Shown here in pieces: positions 29,052 to 38,378 of a DNA stretch of 64,000 nucleotides. Position 1 is the first letter of the stretch. Each line of letters opens with the position of its first letter. The notes beneath the pieces are model-generated. The model saw only the letters and a list, made by a program, of their open reading frames with translations. It did no database searches and was not told the DNA's origin. The stretch comes from a virus. The translations under genes were made by a program, and so were the position numbers. Location: positions 120,981 through 184,980 of IMG/VR virus record IMGVR_UViG_3300032180_000001; one strand, 5' to 3'.

Positions 29052-29582
29052 TCAGCCCCGAACCGCCCGGCCACCGCGGAGAACCCTGCCGCCGGCACCC
29101 GGCTGGAAGCGTCCCGAGCCGGCCTCAGGCTCGTTGCCCCTGATGCCTTCAAGCTGCGGACCGCCGGTCGCGTAACCCTGGTCGTTGGCGTCCGTCGAGT
29201 CCCGCGGGCCGGAAACGTCATCGCTCACAGTCGTCGTGGTGTACGGGCCGATGCCGTCATTGGGAGTCGTGTAAGTGATCGAGTCCGCACCGCCCGTGCT
29301 GTCAGTTGCGCCCTGCGTACCGGGAGCGCCCGTGCTAGTGATGTCCGCATCGCTGACGCCGGTCACGCTGTCGCTAACCTGACCGATTTCGTTGGTCGGG
29401 TCGAGTCCTGCCGTCCTGCCGCCCTGCGTGCCAGGCGCACCTGTGCCGGTAGGAAGAGGACCGCCGAAGATCGCGGTGCTCCAGTCGCCGGGCGGGTAGC
29501 CTTCGTTTCCGGTGGGGTCGCCTGCCTTGCTGGTACCCGAGTACGGCCTGCCGCTCGTCGGGGTCTTTCCTGAGTCAGCCAT
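29052..29582 (-). CDS. Gly/Thr/Asp-rich disordered protein
   Basis: 176 aa, low complexity. Confidence 0.55.
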   Translation of the reverse strand: MADSGKTPTSGRPYSGTSKAGDPTGNEGYPPGDWSTAIFGGPLPTGTGAPGTQGGRTAGLDPTNEIGQVSDSVTGVSDADITSTGAPGTQGATDSTGGADSITYTTPNDGIGPYTTTTVSDDVSGPRDSTDANDQGYATGGPQLEGIRGNEPEAGSGRFQPGAGGRVLRGGRAVRG

Positions 29583-29618
29583 TTCGGGCTCCTATCGTCA
29601 TGTCCTGCCATGTCTATC

Positions 29619-30062
29619 TTACAGCCGGCCGCCGAACGCCGACTGAAGCTGGGCCTTGGTCAGCGCCCCGGCCTCATCAAGGCTGGTGCCCTGACTGACC
29701 GCGTACGCTACCCAGGCTGATTTCGGATCCGCCGGGGCCGGACGCGGAACCTCGGGAGAAGGGGCCGGCGGCGGAGGCTCGTGATGCGGAACAGGCGGTG
29801 CGGCTTCCGCTGCCTTCACCGCTGCGGGCGTCTGGGTAACTTCCGTCACCGAAACCGGAGTCTCCCATGACTGAGCGGCTGGCGGCGCTGACGGCGGTGG
29901 AGCAGGACGTGCCCAGTCCGGTGCCGCTACCTGCCTGGCCAGCTGACCGCGGACAAGCGCAATGCCTTCATCATCATCGACCTCGAACACCGCGTACTTC
30001 GGCGGCCACGCGTCCCCGCCCGGACGGCCCCCGGAGATCCCCTCGAGCATCTGAACCCACAT
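29619..30062 (-). CDS. Pro/Ala-rich protein, possible head-associated protein
   Basis: 147 aa; C-terminal K..WVAYAV...TKAQL motif; lies just after the capsid gene. Confidence 0.55.
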   Translation of the reverse strand: MWVQMLEGISGGRPGGDAWPPKYAVFEVDDDEGIALVRGQLARQVAAPDWARPAPPPSAPPAAQSWETPVSVTEVTQTPAAVKAAEAAPPVPHHEPPPPAPSPEVPRPAPADPKSAWVAYAVSQGTSLDEAGALTKAQLQSAFGGRL

Positions 30063-30064
30063 GC

Positions 30065-30373
30065 CTATGCTTCCCTCCGGAAGTCGTTAATATCGACAAG
30101 CTGCCTCGTGCCCGATGACGAGCAGTCGGTACACACGAATGTCTTCCCATCGCCATTCTCGCTGATGATCCGGGCGCCGGGAAGAGCGAAATGACCGCAG
30201 GCCAGCCGCTGCAGGCCACCCGTCTCCCGGCACTTAGCGCACGCGAGCTGACCTGTCTTCAGCCGGAGTGCCCGCCGCACCGAACCCGACCCAAGCGACC
30301 GCCCGCAGAACGCGCACCGTTCCCGAGGAGCCGACGGTGCCTGCCGGATCCTGGCTCGACGCGTATTACTCAT
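30065..30373 (-). CDS. Cys-rich hypothetical protein
   Basis: Several CxxC motifs. Confidence 0.4.
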   Translation of the reverse strand: MSNTRRARIRQAPSAPRERCAFCGRSLGSGSVRRALRLKTGQLACAKCRETGGLQRLACGHFALPGARIISENGDGKTFVCTDCSSSGTRQLVDINDFRREA

Positions 30374-31280
30374 GTCGGGTCACCGTCTCCAAAGCCTCGC
30401 GCACCTCATCAGGATAATTCTCGACAACGAACGCGATAAGGTCTGAAACCCGCTGCCCCCGCGGCTGGCGCTGGTTCGTCCACAGTTCCAGGTTCTCCGG
30501 CCGGTTGTCGCTGCGGATACCGTTCTTGTGATGCGGTTCCTCGAACGTGCGCAGCTCGCGCCCGAGCATCTGCTCCATCACTAGCCGATGCTCCAGGATC
30601 GGGCGACCGTTCCGACGCTCGGGTGACATCCTGTAGCCATCGGTAGTGGTATATCCCTGGCTCTTGCGAGGCTGCGCGCCCCACTTGCCTTCCGGATCGC
30701 CGGTAAGCTTCCACCGACTATAGTGCATCCGACACCAACCGCGTGACGTAGCCTGCCTGGGACACTCTTCAATAGAGCAAGACTTACCCTTGTACTTAGA
30801 CTTACGTTCCTGCTGAGGAGTAACTAGCTCCGGTCCCCCAGGATCTCCGGTTCGCCGTACGCGGGCGTAATGCCCCTGACAGTAACCGCGCGCTTTAGCA
30901 GGATTATCACAGCCTCCTACCGAGCACTCCGCACCTGGATTCCAGATCCGAGTAGGTTCTGGCGTCCCCCGTCGCTGCACTCTCATATAATGCGCTTTGC
31001 AGTAACCCTTGGCGTAGGGCTTTTCATCGCAATCATCAGCCTGGCATTCGGAAGCCTGCCGTACATACTCCCGCAACGGATGCAGTGGCTTACCACTCAT
31101 GAACTGCTTATAGTGCTGCGTACAGTAACTACGACTGTAGTACGGCCTGCCGCAATCCTCGTAGTCACAGATTCGATCTGAGGCTGGCATCTCCTGGTGT
31201 GTCCTTCCGTGAGATGGTACGAAGGCAAACGGCATCTGCACCGTGCGCCTCCTAAACTGTACCATCTCACGGACTGACAT
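30366..31280 (-). CDS. HNH homing endonuclease with four C-x4-C...GxCxxHY repeats (true start probably 31238 or 31190)
   Basis: ILEHRLVME...HHKNGIRSDNRPENLELW. Confidence 0.8.
   Translation of the reverse strand: MSVREMVQFRRRTVQMPFAFVPSHGRTHQEMPASDRICDYEDCGRPYYSRSYCTQHYKQFMSGKPLHPLREYVRQASECQADDCDEKPYAKGYCKAHYMRVQRRGTPEPTRIWNPGAECSVGGCDNPAKARGYCQGHYARVRRTGDPGGPELVTPQQERKSKYKGKSCSIEECPRQATSRGWCRMHYSRWKLTGDPEGKWGAQPRKSQGYTTTDGYRMSPERRNGRPILEHRLVMEQMLGRELRTFEEPHHKNGIRSDNRPENLELWTNQRQPRGQRVSDLIAFVVENYPDEVREALETVTRHE
31206..31273. promoter_or_regulatory. 15-bp perfect inverted repeat enclosing the HNH RBS and start
   Basis: TCCGTGAGATGGTAC...GTACCATCTCACGGA, with AGGAGG and GTG in the 38-nt loop. 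Confidence 0.55.
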
Positions 31281-31348
31281 GTAAATCCCGACTTTCCCCT
31301 GTCCGACCTAATCGAACGAGTTCTCGAAAAAACTCTTTGAACTGCTGA

Positions 31349-32602
31349 TCAGGTAGAAGCTCCCTTAAAGAGCTTCACGGCGCCGGTGCGATCGACCATA
31401 GTCCCATCACCACGGAGGATGGCCCTAAATGTCACGAGATCAGTGGAAAATGCGAAATCATCGCTACGCTCGAAGCGGACCCCGCCGACGAGCCGGACGA
31501 AATACTGGCTGAAGTCACCGAACGCGATGGGGGTCGCGCCGGTGGCGAGAGCGGGCATGAACGGGTCCGCGACGAGGGGCTTGCCGAGTAGCAGGTCGGG
31601 CGATCCGAGCACCGCGGAGGGCTCCCAGATCGGCCTGCCTACGGTGTCCGTGATCTTGCGGAATCCGCCGATGGTCTTGTCCGCCGCGAGCCAGTAGCAG
31701 CTGCGTGACTGACGATACGGTGCGATGACCGAGTACTCCAGGTCCACCAGGTTGGCGTAGCTGGGGGCACCCGCAACGCCGGTCGTAGCGCCGGTGACGC
31801 CGACCGAGTTGTTGATGATCCCGTAAGGCTGACCGGAACCGGTGCCGTTCACCAGGTCGGTGCCGAATGCGTTGCCCAGCGCGCGGCCGGCCTGCATGGC
31901 GAGATAGCCGAGCAGGTCGACGGCAGTGTCATCGATCAGCTCGCGAGCCACCTGCAGCATGATGCCGTACTTGTAAGCCGACAGCTGCTGCATGCTGAAC
32001 GCCGGGTCGGAGGTAGCGAGGGCACCCGCCTGGGCCGCCGACGCCGCCGTGGAGTGCGCGGTCGTCTTCGGCACCTGCAGCGTCTCGCCGCCCCCGGTGT
32101 TGAGCACCGTAGGACCGCACTGCATGACCCCGGACACCTCGATGAGGTGCGCGATGAGCATGTCGTAGAAGTCTGTAGGCACAATGCTCGACGCGTTGGT
32201 GCCCTGTGTGCCTGTGGTCAGGACACGATAGTTGACCGGACCGCGGGCACTGGTGTCGTGCCGGAATTCCATCGCCCGGGGTGCGCCATCCTCGCCACGC
32301 GCCCACTTGCGGAATTCGCCTTCCAGGCCCTGCATCGCTGCCGGGACCGGGCGCTGATCGGCTGGCTTGCCGGAAAGCGCATCATAAGCAGCGTCCGCAT
32401 CCTTGGCCCTCTTCTCGGTGTCGAGAACGGCCTTGATGCGAGTATCGAGGGTACCCATCTCCTCCTGCATGGCGTCCCAGCGGCCCTGCTCTTCGGGAGT
32501 GAAGGCCCTGTTCTCCTCGGCCGCGGTCTCGGCGATCTTCCTTGCCTCGTTCCAGACGCCGAGACGCCGGTCACGAAGCTTCTTCGCAACTTCACTAGCC
32601 AT
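31349..32602 (-). CDS. Major capsid protein, HK97 family
   Basis: N-terminal coiled-coil delta domain; IVPTDF, LLGKPLV, FGDFSQY, DLVTFRAILRGDG. Confidence 0.92.
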   Translation of the reverse strand: MASEVAKKLRDRRLGVWNEARKIAETAAEENRAFTPEEQGRWDAMQEEMGTLDTRIKAVLDTEKRAKDADAAYDALSGKPADQRPVPAAMQGLEGEFRKWARGEDGAPRAMEFRHDTSARGPVNYRVLTTGTQGTNASSIVPTDFYDMLIAHLIEVSGVMQCGPTVLNTGGGETLQVPKTTAHSTAASAAQAGALATSDPAFSMQQLSAYKYGIMLQVARELIDDTAVDLLGYLAMQAGRALGNAFGTDLVNGTGSGQPYGIINNSVGVTGATTGVAGAPSYANLVDLEYSVIAPYRQSRSCYWLAADKTIGGFRKITDTVGRPIWEPSAVLGSPDLLLGKPLVADPFMPALATGATPIAFGDFSQYFVRLVGGVRFERSDDFAFSTDLVTFRAILRGDGTMVDRTGAVKLFKGAST

Positions 32603-32732
32603 AGCTAGCCCCTCCTTCTACGGGGGATCGGTTGAAACACCCACATCGGATGTCTCGGTACCGGCTCCGTCCGCACCCTGGAAGGGCAGCTACGGCCTCG
32701 GAAATTTTGTTGTCAGCTACCTGCGCGGACTG

Positions 32733-33761
32733 CTAGATCTCGTCTGCGTAGGGGTCTTCCTGGTTGGCCTGCAGCGCGAGCATGGCCTGCGCCCCGGACA
32801 GCACCGGCTTGGGCGGCGGCTTCGGAGCCGGGATGTTCCGCTTGTCCGGGCCGATATTGTCGGTACGCTTGAAGAATTCGAGTACACGCCCGTCGTTCAC
32901 CCTGGAACGAACTTCCTCGACGTCGGCCTGCACCCAATTGGCGAGGGATTCGACCGCACCGTTCATGGCCCTGGCTGCGGCCGTCGCGTCGGGGTAGGCC
33001 GGGTCGAGCACCGGCGCCACGTCGACGAGCTGCACGGACACGAGGGTCCGCATCGGGAAGTTGAAGTCCGTGACGCCCCATTCGTCACCGCCGGGGAAGA
33101 CCCGGAATGCAAAGCTGGAATGCCGGACGTCTCCGCGATCGACGTATTCGAGAATGTCAGCCCGGGACTGCGGCGGCAGGACGTCGTAGAGAAGGCCCTG
33201 CTGATCGACTCGAAGCGAGAGCGTGTTGGCGTGCGTGGTGCCAAGTAGCAGGTCATCCTTGTGGTTGAATCGGCACACGACATCCGGCCAGTTCTCAGTG
33301 CGCGACTGGTCGAAGGCGGTAGTGTCGACCTGCTCCACGAAGCCGCTCATCCGTCGGGACAGCTTGTTGAAGCACGCGGCGTAGCCGTAGATACGCTTCG
33401 GACCACCGGAATGCTCTTCCCTGGTCTCCAGCGGGAACTTGGTGAACCGGCGCTCCGGCCACGCATCACCCGAGGTGGTTGCCCCGAGAGCGTCACGCTG
33501 CGCTCCCGACACCTTGATGCCGAAACGCCTCGCGGCCGTCATGATCTTCGGCATTGCCTGCTTGCCGAACGGAGACTGCGGTGCCCGCGCGAGAGCATTA
33601 CGAGCATGTGCCTCATCATGCACCGGGAAATGCCGCTTGCTTCGCGGCGATGTCCGACCTGACGGGTCCTTTATGCCACCCGGCTCGATAAATGCGAATG
33701 CGCTGTCTTCGAGGTCGTTGATTGCTTGAGATGATAGTGTGCTCACAGATCTTCCTTCCAT
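32733..33761 (-). CDS. HK97-family prohead protease with N-terminal DUF6582-like domain (alternative start GTG 33746)
   Basis: IYGYAACFN, FNHKDDLLLG, SSFAF, DVAPVLDPAYPD. Confidence 0.88.
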   Translation of the reverse strand: MEGRSVSTLSSQAINDLEDSAFAFIEPGGIKDPSGRTSPRSKRHFPVHDEAHARNALARAPQSPFGKQAMPKIMTAARRFGIKVSGAQRDALGATTSGDAWPERRFTKFPLETREEHSGGPKRIYGYAACFNKLSRRMSGFVEQVDTTAFDQSRTENWPDVVCRFNHKDDLLLGTTHANTLSLRVDQQGLLYDVLPPQSRADILEYVDRGDVRHSSFAFRVFPGGDEWGVTDFNFPMRTLVSVQLVDVAPVLDPAYPDATAAARAMNGAVESLANWVQADVEEVRSRVNDGRVLEFFKRTDNIGPDKRNIPAPKPPPKPVLSGAQAMLALQANQEDPYADEI

Positions 33762-33769
33762 GTTATACT
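33761..33769 (+). promoter_or_regulatory. Extended -10 promoter for the leaderless HNH gene 33776
   Basis: TGT-TATACT, 6 nt before the ATG. Confidence 0.5.
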
Positions 33770-33775
33770 TAGGTC

Positions 33776-34468
33776 ATGACCAGTGGACGTAACCCTGACT
33801 ACATCCCGGGCAAGACCTGCGAGAACTGCGGGAAGCCTATTCCGTGGCGTCCCGGGATAGAGGTGCGAGCGAGAGCCCGCTGGTGCAGCAAAGACTGCTT
33901 CCAAACCGCTGGACGCGATGCTGCACCTAAGCCGTGTGAAAACTGCGGCAAGCCAATCCCGTGGCGGGAAGGCCGCGCAGCCCGTACTAAGGCTCGCTTC
34001 TGCTGCGACGCCTGTAAATTCGCTTGGCAGAAGCTCCACCCGCCGAATCCACGACAACCTCGGGAAACGAAGCCATGCGACACATGCGGCAAGCCTGTCG
34101 AGTACCTTCCATCCCAGAAGCTGGCAAGTAAGTACCCGAACGGAAACATCTACTGCTCCCGAGAATGCTTCGGTATCGGGCATTCTAAAACCATGACGGG
34201 ACGCCGTCCCAGCGGAGGCATCTATACCTCGCCCAGCACCTTCCGACTGATGATCCGACGCGAATTCTTCGACCGCTGCGCCATCTGCGGCTGGGACACA
34301 ACCCCGTGCGACGTCGCGCACATCATCGATCGGAAAGACGGCGGACCCGACTCGCTGGAGAACGTTGTGATGCTGTGCCCGAACCACCACCGGGCCTTCG
34401 ACATGAAGTTGATCCCCGTCGAGACAATCCGGCTGGCACGAGAAACGATCCTGCGTAATCATCAGTGA
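33776..34468 (+). CDS. HNH endonuclease with treble-clef zinc repeats, antisense to the head operon
   Basis: Three CxxC...CxxxC repeats; CAICGW...DVAHII...NVVMLCPNHH. Confidence 0.82.
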   Translation: MTSGRNPDYIPGKTCENCGKPIPWRPGIEVRARARWCSKDCFQTAGRDAAPKPCENCGKPIPWREGRAARTKARFCCDACKFAWQKLHPPNPRQPRETKPCDTCGKPVEYLPSQKLASKYPNGNIYCSRECFGIGHSKTMTGRRPSGGIYTSPSTFRLMIRREFFDRCAICGWDTTPCDVAHIIDRKDGGPDSLENVVMLCPNHHRAFDMKLIPVETIRLARETILRNHQ

Positions 34469-37153
34469 TCACCGTGCCCGTTTCCGTTACCATTCATTGA
34501 TCCGGCCAGGACTGACCGCTCCGCATCGGACGGTATCCACGCCCCAACGTATTCAGGCTCGACCTTTTCCGCACGAGCCCGTCCTTCACGCGCCAGCGCC
34601 CGCAGGACAGCTATCAGACCATCCGTGGACAGATCTCCGGCATCTCGCGTCTTCGTCAGAACGGCTGCAAGCAATGATGCGGGAGATTTCGCAGACGGCT
34701 CAATATTAGGCTGCGCGATACCTTCCTGCTGAAGCTTTTCCAGCCGGTCTGCGGCTAGGTCCATCTCCAGCGTAATCTGGGGAAGCATGGAGTTCGGAAT
34801 GCCGCGAATAGAGTGAGCCATCGCGACCATGACATCCGCCGGGATAACCTCATTGCCTGCCCCGCCTGGAAGTGGCCCCATGTCTTCCTTCTCGCGAATC
34901 TCGTCGATGGTCAGGATCCCCGTGTCCCGCTGAGACTCGTAGATCTCCGTCCGGGTCTTCAGATCAGTCTTCAGCAGCGCGTCAGAATTAAAGCGAACGT
35001 ACCGGTTAGCGGGAATAATATCGAAGAACGCGGTCTCTAGCCTAACCATCCACGGACGCAAGGATTCAATGACCTGAAGGGTACTCATCTCTACCGTGTT
35101 GCCAGTAAAATAGCAGGTGCCGTTCCGACGCGCATACCAAGACTTACTTGGCGTACTTACACACCATACAAGATCTGTAACCTCGTCGGTCACGTACTCC
35201 GGATGACCCTTCGGCTTACGCCACGGTGAAATCTGAATCGGCATAACATACATACCATGCTTATTCGGTCCCCGTACCACGCCCGAGCGTCCAGACAGTG
35301 CGCAGGCAACCTGGAACGCATCAAGCCGCGCTTTATCCTTCTGTGCCATCGTCCAACTTGCGGCATGCCGAGAGCCATCAGCATCGAGGGACGTTTGAAT
35401 GAAAAGCTCAAGCTGTGCCCTGGTAAGCTGGCTCAGAAATTCCGTAGAAACTACCTTAGCAGGAGCATGCTTTGTCAGCACCTGCCCAGCTTGCGCGTTC
35501 AACCTGAAATGCACGTGCCCCCGCTCGTCCAGGTCTTCCTGCCATGCCGGACCGCCATCGTGCTGTCCCGTAAGACCATTTCGCAGATTTCGCACCACAC
35601 TCGCGTGTGAACCGCACTTCCGAGCTATTCCCCGATTCGTCCCACTCGGATCACGAAGTAGCTCAACCCGGATAAGATCCCGCTTCTTCCGCCCACGCCC
35701 GCCTAGCAACGAAACGCCACGCTCTACAGCACTTGGCCCAAACATCTCCGTCAGCGCTGCCCTAATCCGCATTACGTTCAGCGGGTTCACTCGCTCCGAC
35801 TGAGCAATTGTCACGGCACCTGATTCCCCGATCCATCCCTCTGTCCAGAACCAAGCCACCAACTCAGCTAGTGCGTCCGACCACTTCGGCTCTACCGGAG
35901 TCACAACCGGAGCCGCCGCGCAGACCCGCGAATTAATCGGCATAGTTTCTGTAGTTCGCCACTGGTAACCTTCGTTTCTGCGCCTTTCCCCAGACAACAT
36001 CACAGGCCAACGATGATTTGGCGTGGTTACCGACGAATGTGACAGGTTCTCCAGGCGGATAACCGGATAAGACGCGTCATCAAAAACATGTACCTTTTGA
36101 ACTGGCTGCCATTCAGCCATACCCGTTTCAGTATTCAGTCCAAGACAAGTGTCCCCGGCAAGCACCTGATCGTGCCTCAGCCAACCGCGCAAGGTTAGGA
36201 TTTCCGTCTCAGCATCAGCGCAGTTGTAGGTTAGACTGTCAGCCCTTTTCCCGCCAACGCGATCCGGAGGAAGCCCATAAATGGCAGCAAGCTGGGTAGC
36301 GCTAAACTGCTGACTCTCGATGAATTGAGCTTCAGACGGCGGAACTGTTATCGGCTTGTATTCCCAGTCTCGACCGTAGACGAGTGGCGTATGGTTCCGG
36401 ATCGCATCGACTAGCTGCTCCTTGATCTGGTCAGACGCATCCTTATCCACTTCCAGCTGATTATTCTGAAAGGTGCCTGGTGGAAAACCACCGGAAGCGA
36501 ACCAGTCGTTGCCAAACCGCTGGGCTTCCGTTCCCGACGAGATCGTCAGCATGAAATGCCGTAGCGGAGAAATACCCTCCGTACGGCCGGGGAGCGTAAA
36601 TGCCCGGATATGAAAAAGCTCGTCACGCCAGTTTTCAATCAACCGTCCGTAGACGTACACCCGGGTACGAAGGGGATTCCATGGCTGCTGCGGGTCATCA
36701 ATGACGTTAACCATGTCCGGCGGAATCCAATCGATTCCAGTCGGGTAACTAAAGCCATCGCGACCGGTGACGAAACCCCAGGCGTTTCCGTGCAGGAGCA
36801 GTGATGTCATGCACTGGTACACCCAGTCAAAGGTGTTCGCGCTGACTGATGGCCGATCAAAAATAGACGGTCCCCAGTACCTGGCCGCAACGCCACCGCC
36901 GGGGGCTCGTGTGTAAAGCTTGATTGGCAGGCTGGCGAGAGATTCGGCTAGCAACCGGACGCAGGAATAGAGTGCCGGAAGACCGAGTGCCTGATCCTGG
37001 CCGTAGAACGCCCGGGACGGATGAATCGGCCCACCTTGCGAAAATTTGAAGTAAATAGGGTGAATCCCATGGACGAATTAATCGCCATGGAACTCCGCCG
37101 ATAACGCGCTGCTCAACACTTCTGTCAGCCAAGATGCGATCAAGGAAACCCAT
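34462..37153 (-). CDS. Phage portal protein (HK97-like) with intein; needs a +1 shift near codon 34
   Basis: ATG 37153 (RBS GGAGGTGG); the +1 frame from 37053 gives ALYSCVRLLAESLASLP, LLLHGNAW, GISPL, FIESQQFS..LAAIYGLPP. Confidence 0.85.
35098..36222 (-). mobile_element. Intein with LAGLIDADG-type endonuclease (375 aa) in the portal
   Basis: CADAETEILTLRGW...AWFWTEG...SLDADG...VWCVSTPSKSWYARRNGTCYFTGN followed by Thr(+1). Confidence 0.88.
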
Positions 37154-37179
37154 AACCCCTACCACCTCCCTCCGCCTAC

Positions 37180-37188
37180 TGCTAGAAT
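37180..37188 (+). promoter_or_regulatory. Extended -10 promoter for the leaderless HNH gene 37195
   Basis: TGC-TAGAAT, 6 nt before the ATG. Confidence 0.5.
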
Positions 37189-37194
37189 GGAACT

Positions 37195-37887
37195 ATGGGT
37201 AGAGGGACGCCGGACCTGGCAGATCAAAAATTCGGGCGCCTGCGGGTGCTGACGCGAGACTGGGACGCTCCTGGTCCACATGCTCAATGGCTGTGCTGGT
37301 GCGACTGTGGCACGATGACTTCGGTAGCTAGCAGCGCTCTGCGCTCGGGTGCAACACAAAGCTGCGGCTGCCTGCACAGTGAACGAACGGCAACATCGAA
37401 CGCAGCTCGCGCAGGCTATAGCGCGCCTATCCGCAGGAACACAAAGCCCCGACCTAGCTTGGCTGACCCAACAGTATGGCGCAGTAGCTCCCGATCCTAC
37501 GGAAGCTGGATTAACATGATTCGCCGTTGCACGCACATGAACGATCCGCGATACCCCGAATGGGGTGGACGAGGTATCACTGTCTGCGAACGCTGGTTGT
37601 CCTTCGACAATTTTCTGGCCGATATGGGAGAACGTCCGCCTAAAATGTCCCTGAACAGAATCGATAACAACGGGAACTACGAACCCGAAAACTGCAACTG
37701 GGCTACATCTCATGAGCAACAGATGAACACCAGGAGCTTTAAACTGATACCCGAAGTGGTAGCCGAGATCAAACGTCTCCGCACAACTGGACTGACACTG
37801 GACGCGATTGGAACGAAGCTCAACCTGCATCGCAATACTGTGTCGCGAGCCCTGAGCGGGAAGACGCGGCAGCGTAGCGGTAAGTAG
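37195..37887 (+). CDS. HNH homing endonuclease with C-terminal HTH, antisense to the head operon
   Basis: [46 protein letters not shown]. Confidence 0.85.
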   Translation: MGRGTPDLADQKFGRLRVLTRDWDAPGPHAQWLCWCDCGTMTSVASSALRSGATQSCGCLHSERTATSNAARAGYSAPIRRNTKPRPSLADPTVWRSSSRSYGSWINMIRRCTHMNDPRYPEWGGRGITVCERWLSFDNFLADMGERPPKMSLNRIDNNGNYEPENCNWATSHEQQMNTRSFKLIPEVVAEIKRLRTTGLTLDAIGTKLNLHRNTVSRALSGKTRQRSGK

Positions 37888-38075
37888 CTTTGACCTACCG
37901 TTCACCTGCTCGACTTGCCTCACCTGACAACAGACCCTTCGCTGGAACGAGGGCCTGGCTCCGACGCTGGCCGCAGGCACTATTGGCTACAGAGTACGTC
38001 ATGGACGCCGTTCCGCAAACCATTCTAGGCACTTATCTCGGATCAGCGACGCTTACAGACTTTACGATACAGTCT

Positions 38076-38378
38076 TTAAACTTTGCTGTTGTCCTGAGAT
38101 CGCGACCCGGCTGCCGCCTGCCGAACTGACTTTTCGGTCTGCCGAACGTCCCACCCGGTACCATCCCGCCAGCCACGGCGTACCGCTATCGCAAAAATAA
38201 CCAGGCCGTTATGCCACACCCATAGCGCACCGATGACAAGCACAAGCCACACGCGCCCCAATACAAAACCTGGAACCCAGCAAAGCCAGAGAACCACGGC
38301 AAGAACTATCTGCGAAAACCTGACCTTCTTAGCGCGGACCGTAATCTCGCTCAGCGGCAGAAACTTCAGCGTTGTCAT
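38076..38378 (-). CDS. Small membrane protein between terL and portal
   Basis: 100 aa, two hydrophobic segments. Confidence 0.55.
   Translation of the reverse strand: MTTLKFLPLSEITVRAKKVRFSQIVLAVVLWLCWVPGFVLGRVWLVLVIGALWVWHNGLVIFAIAVRRGWRDGTGWDVRQTEKSVRQAAAGSRSQDNSKV

Noticed and set aside
28536-29573. 345-aa plus-strand ORF
   Set aside because: It is antisense to a chain of coupled minus-strand genes; Arg-rich shadow composition.
36857-37153. Portal as a simple pseudogene
   Set aside because: The rest of the portal, its intein and all neighbouring head genes are intact, and the disruption has a structured TTA/matched-codon form. Pseudogenisation or sequencing error cannot be fully excluded without reads.
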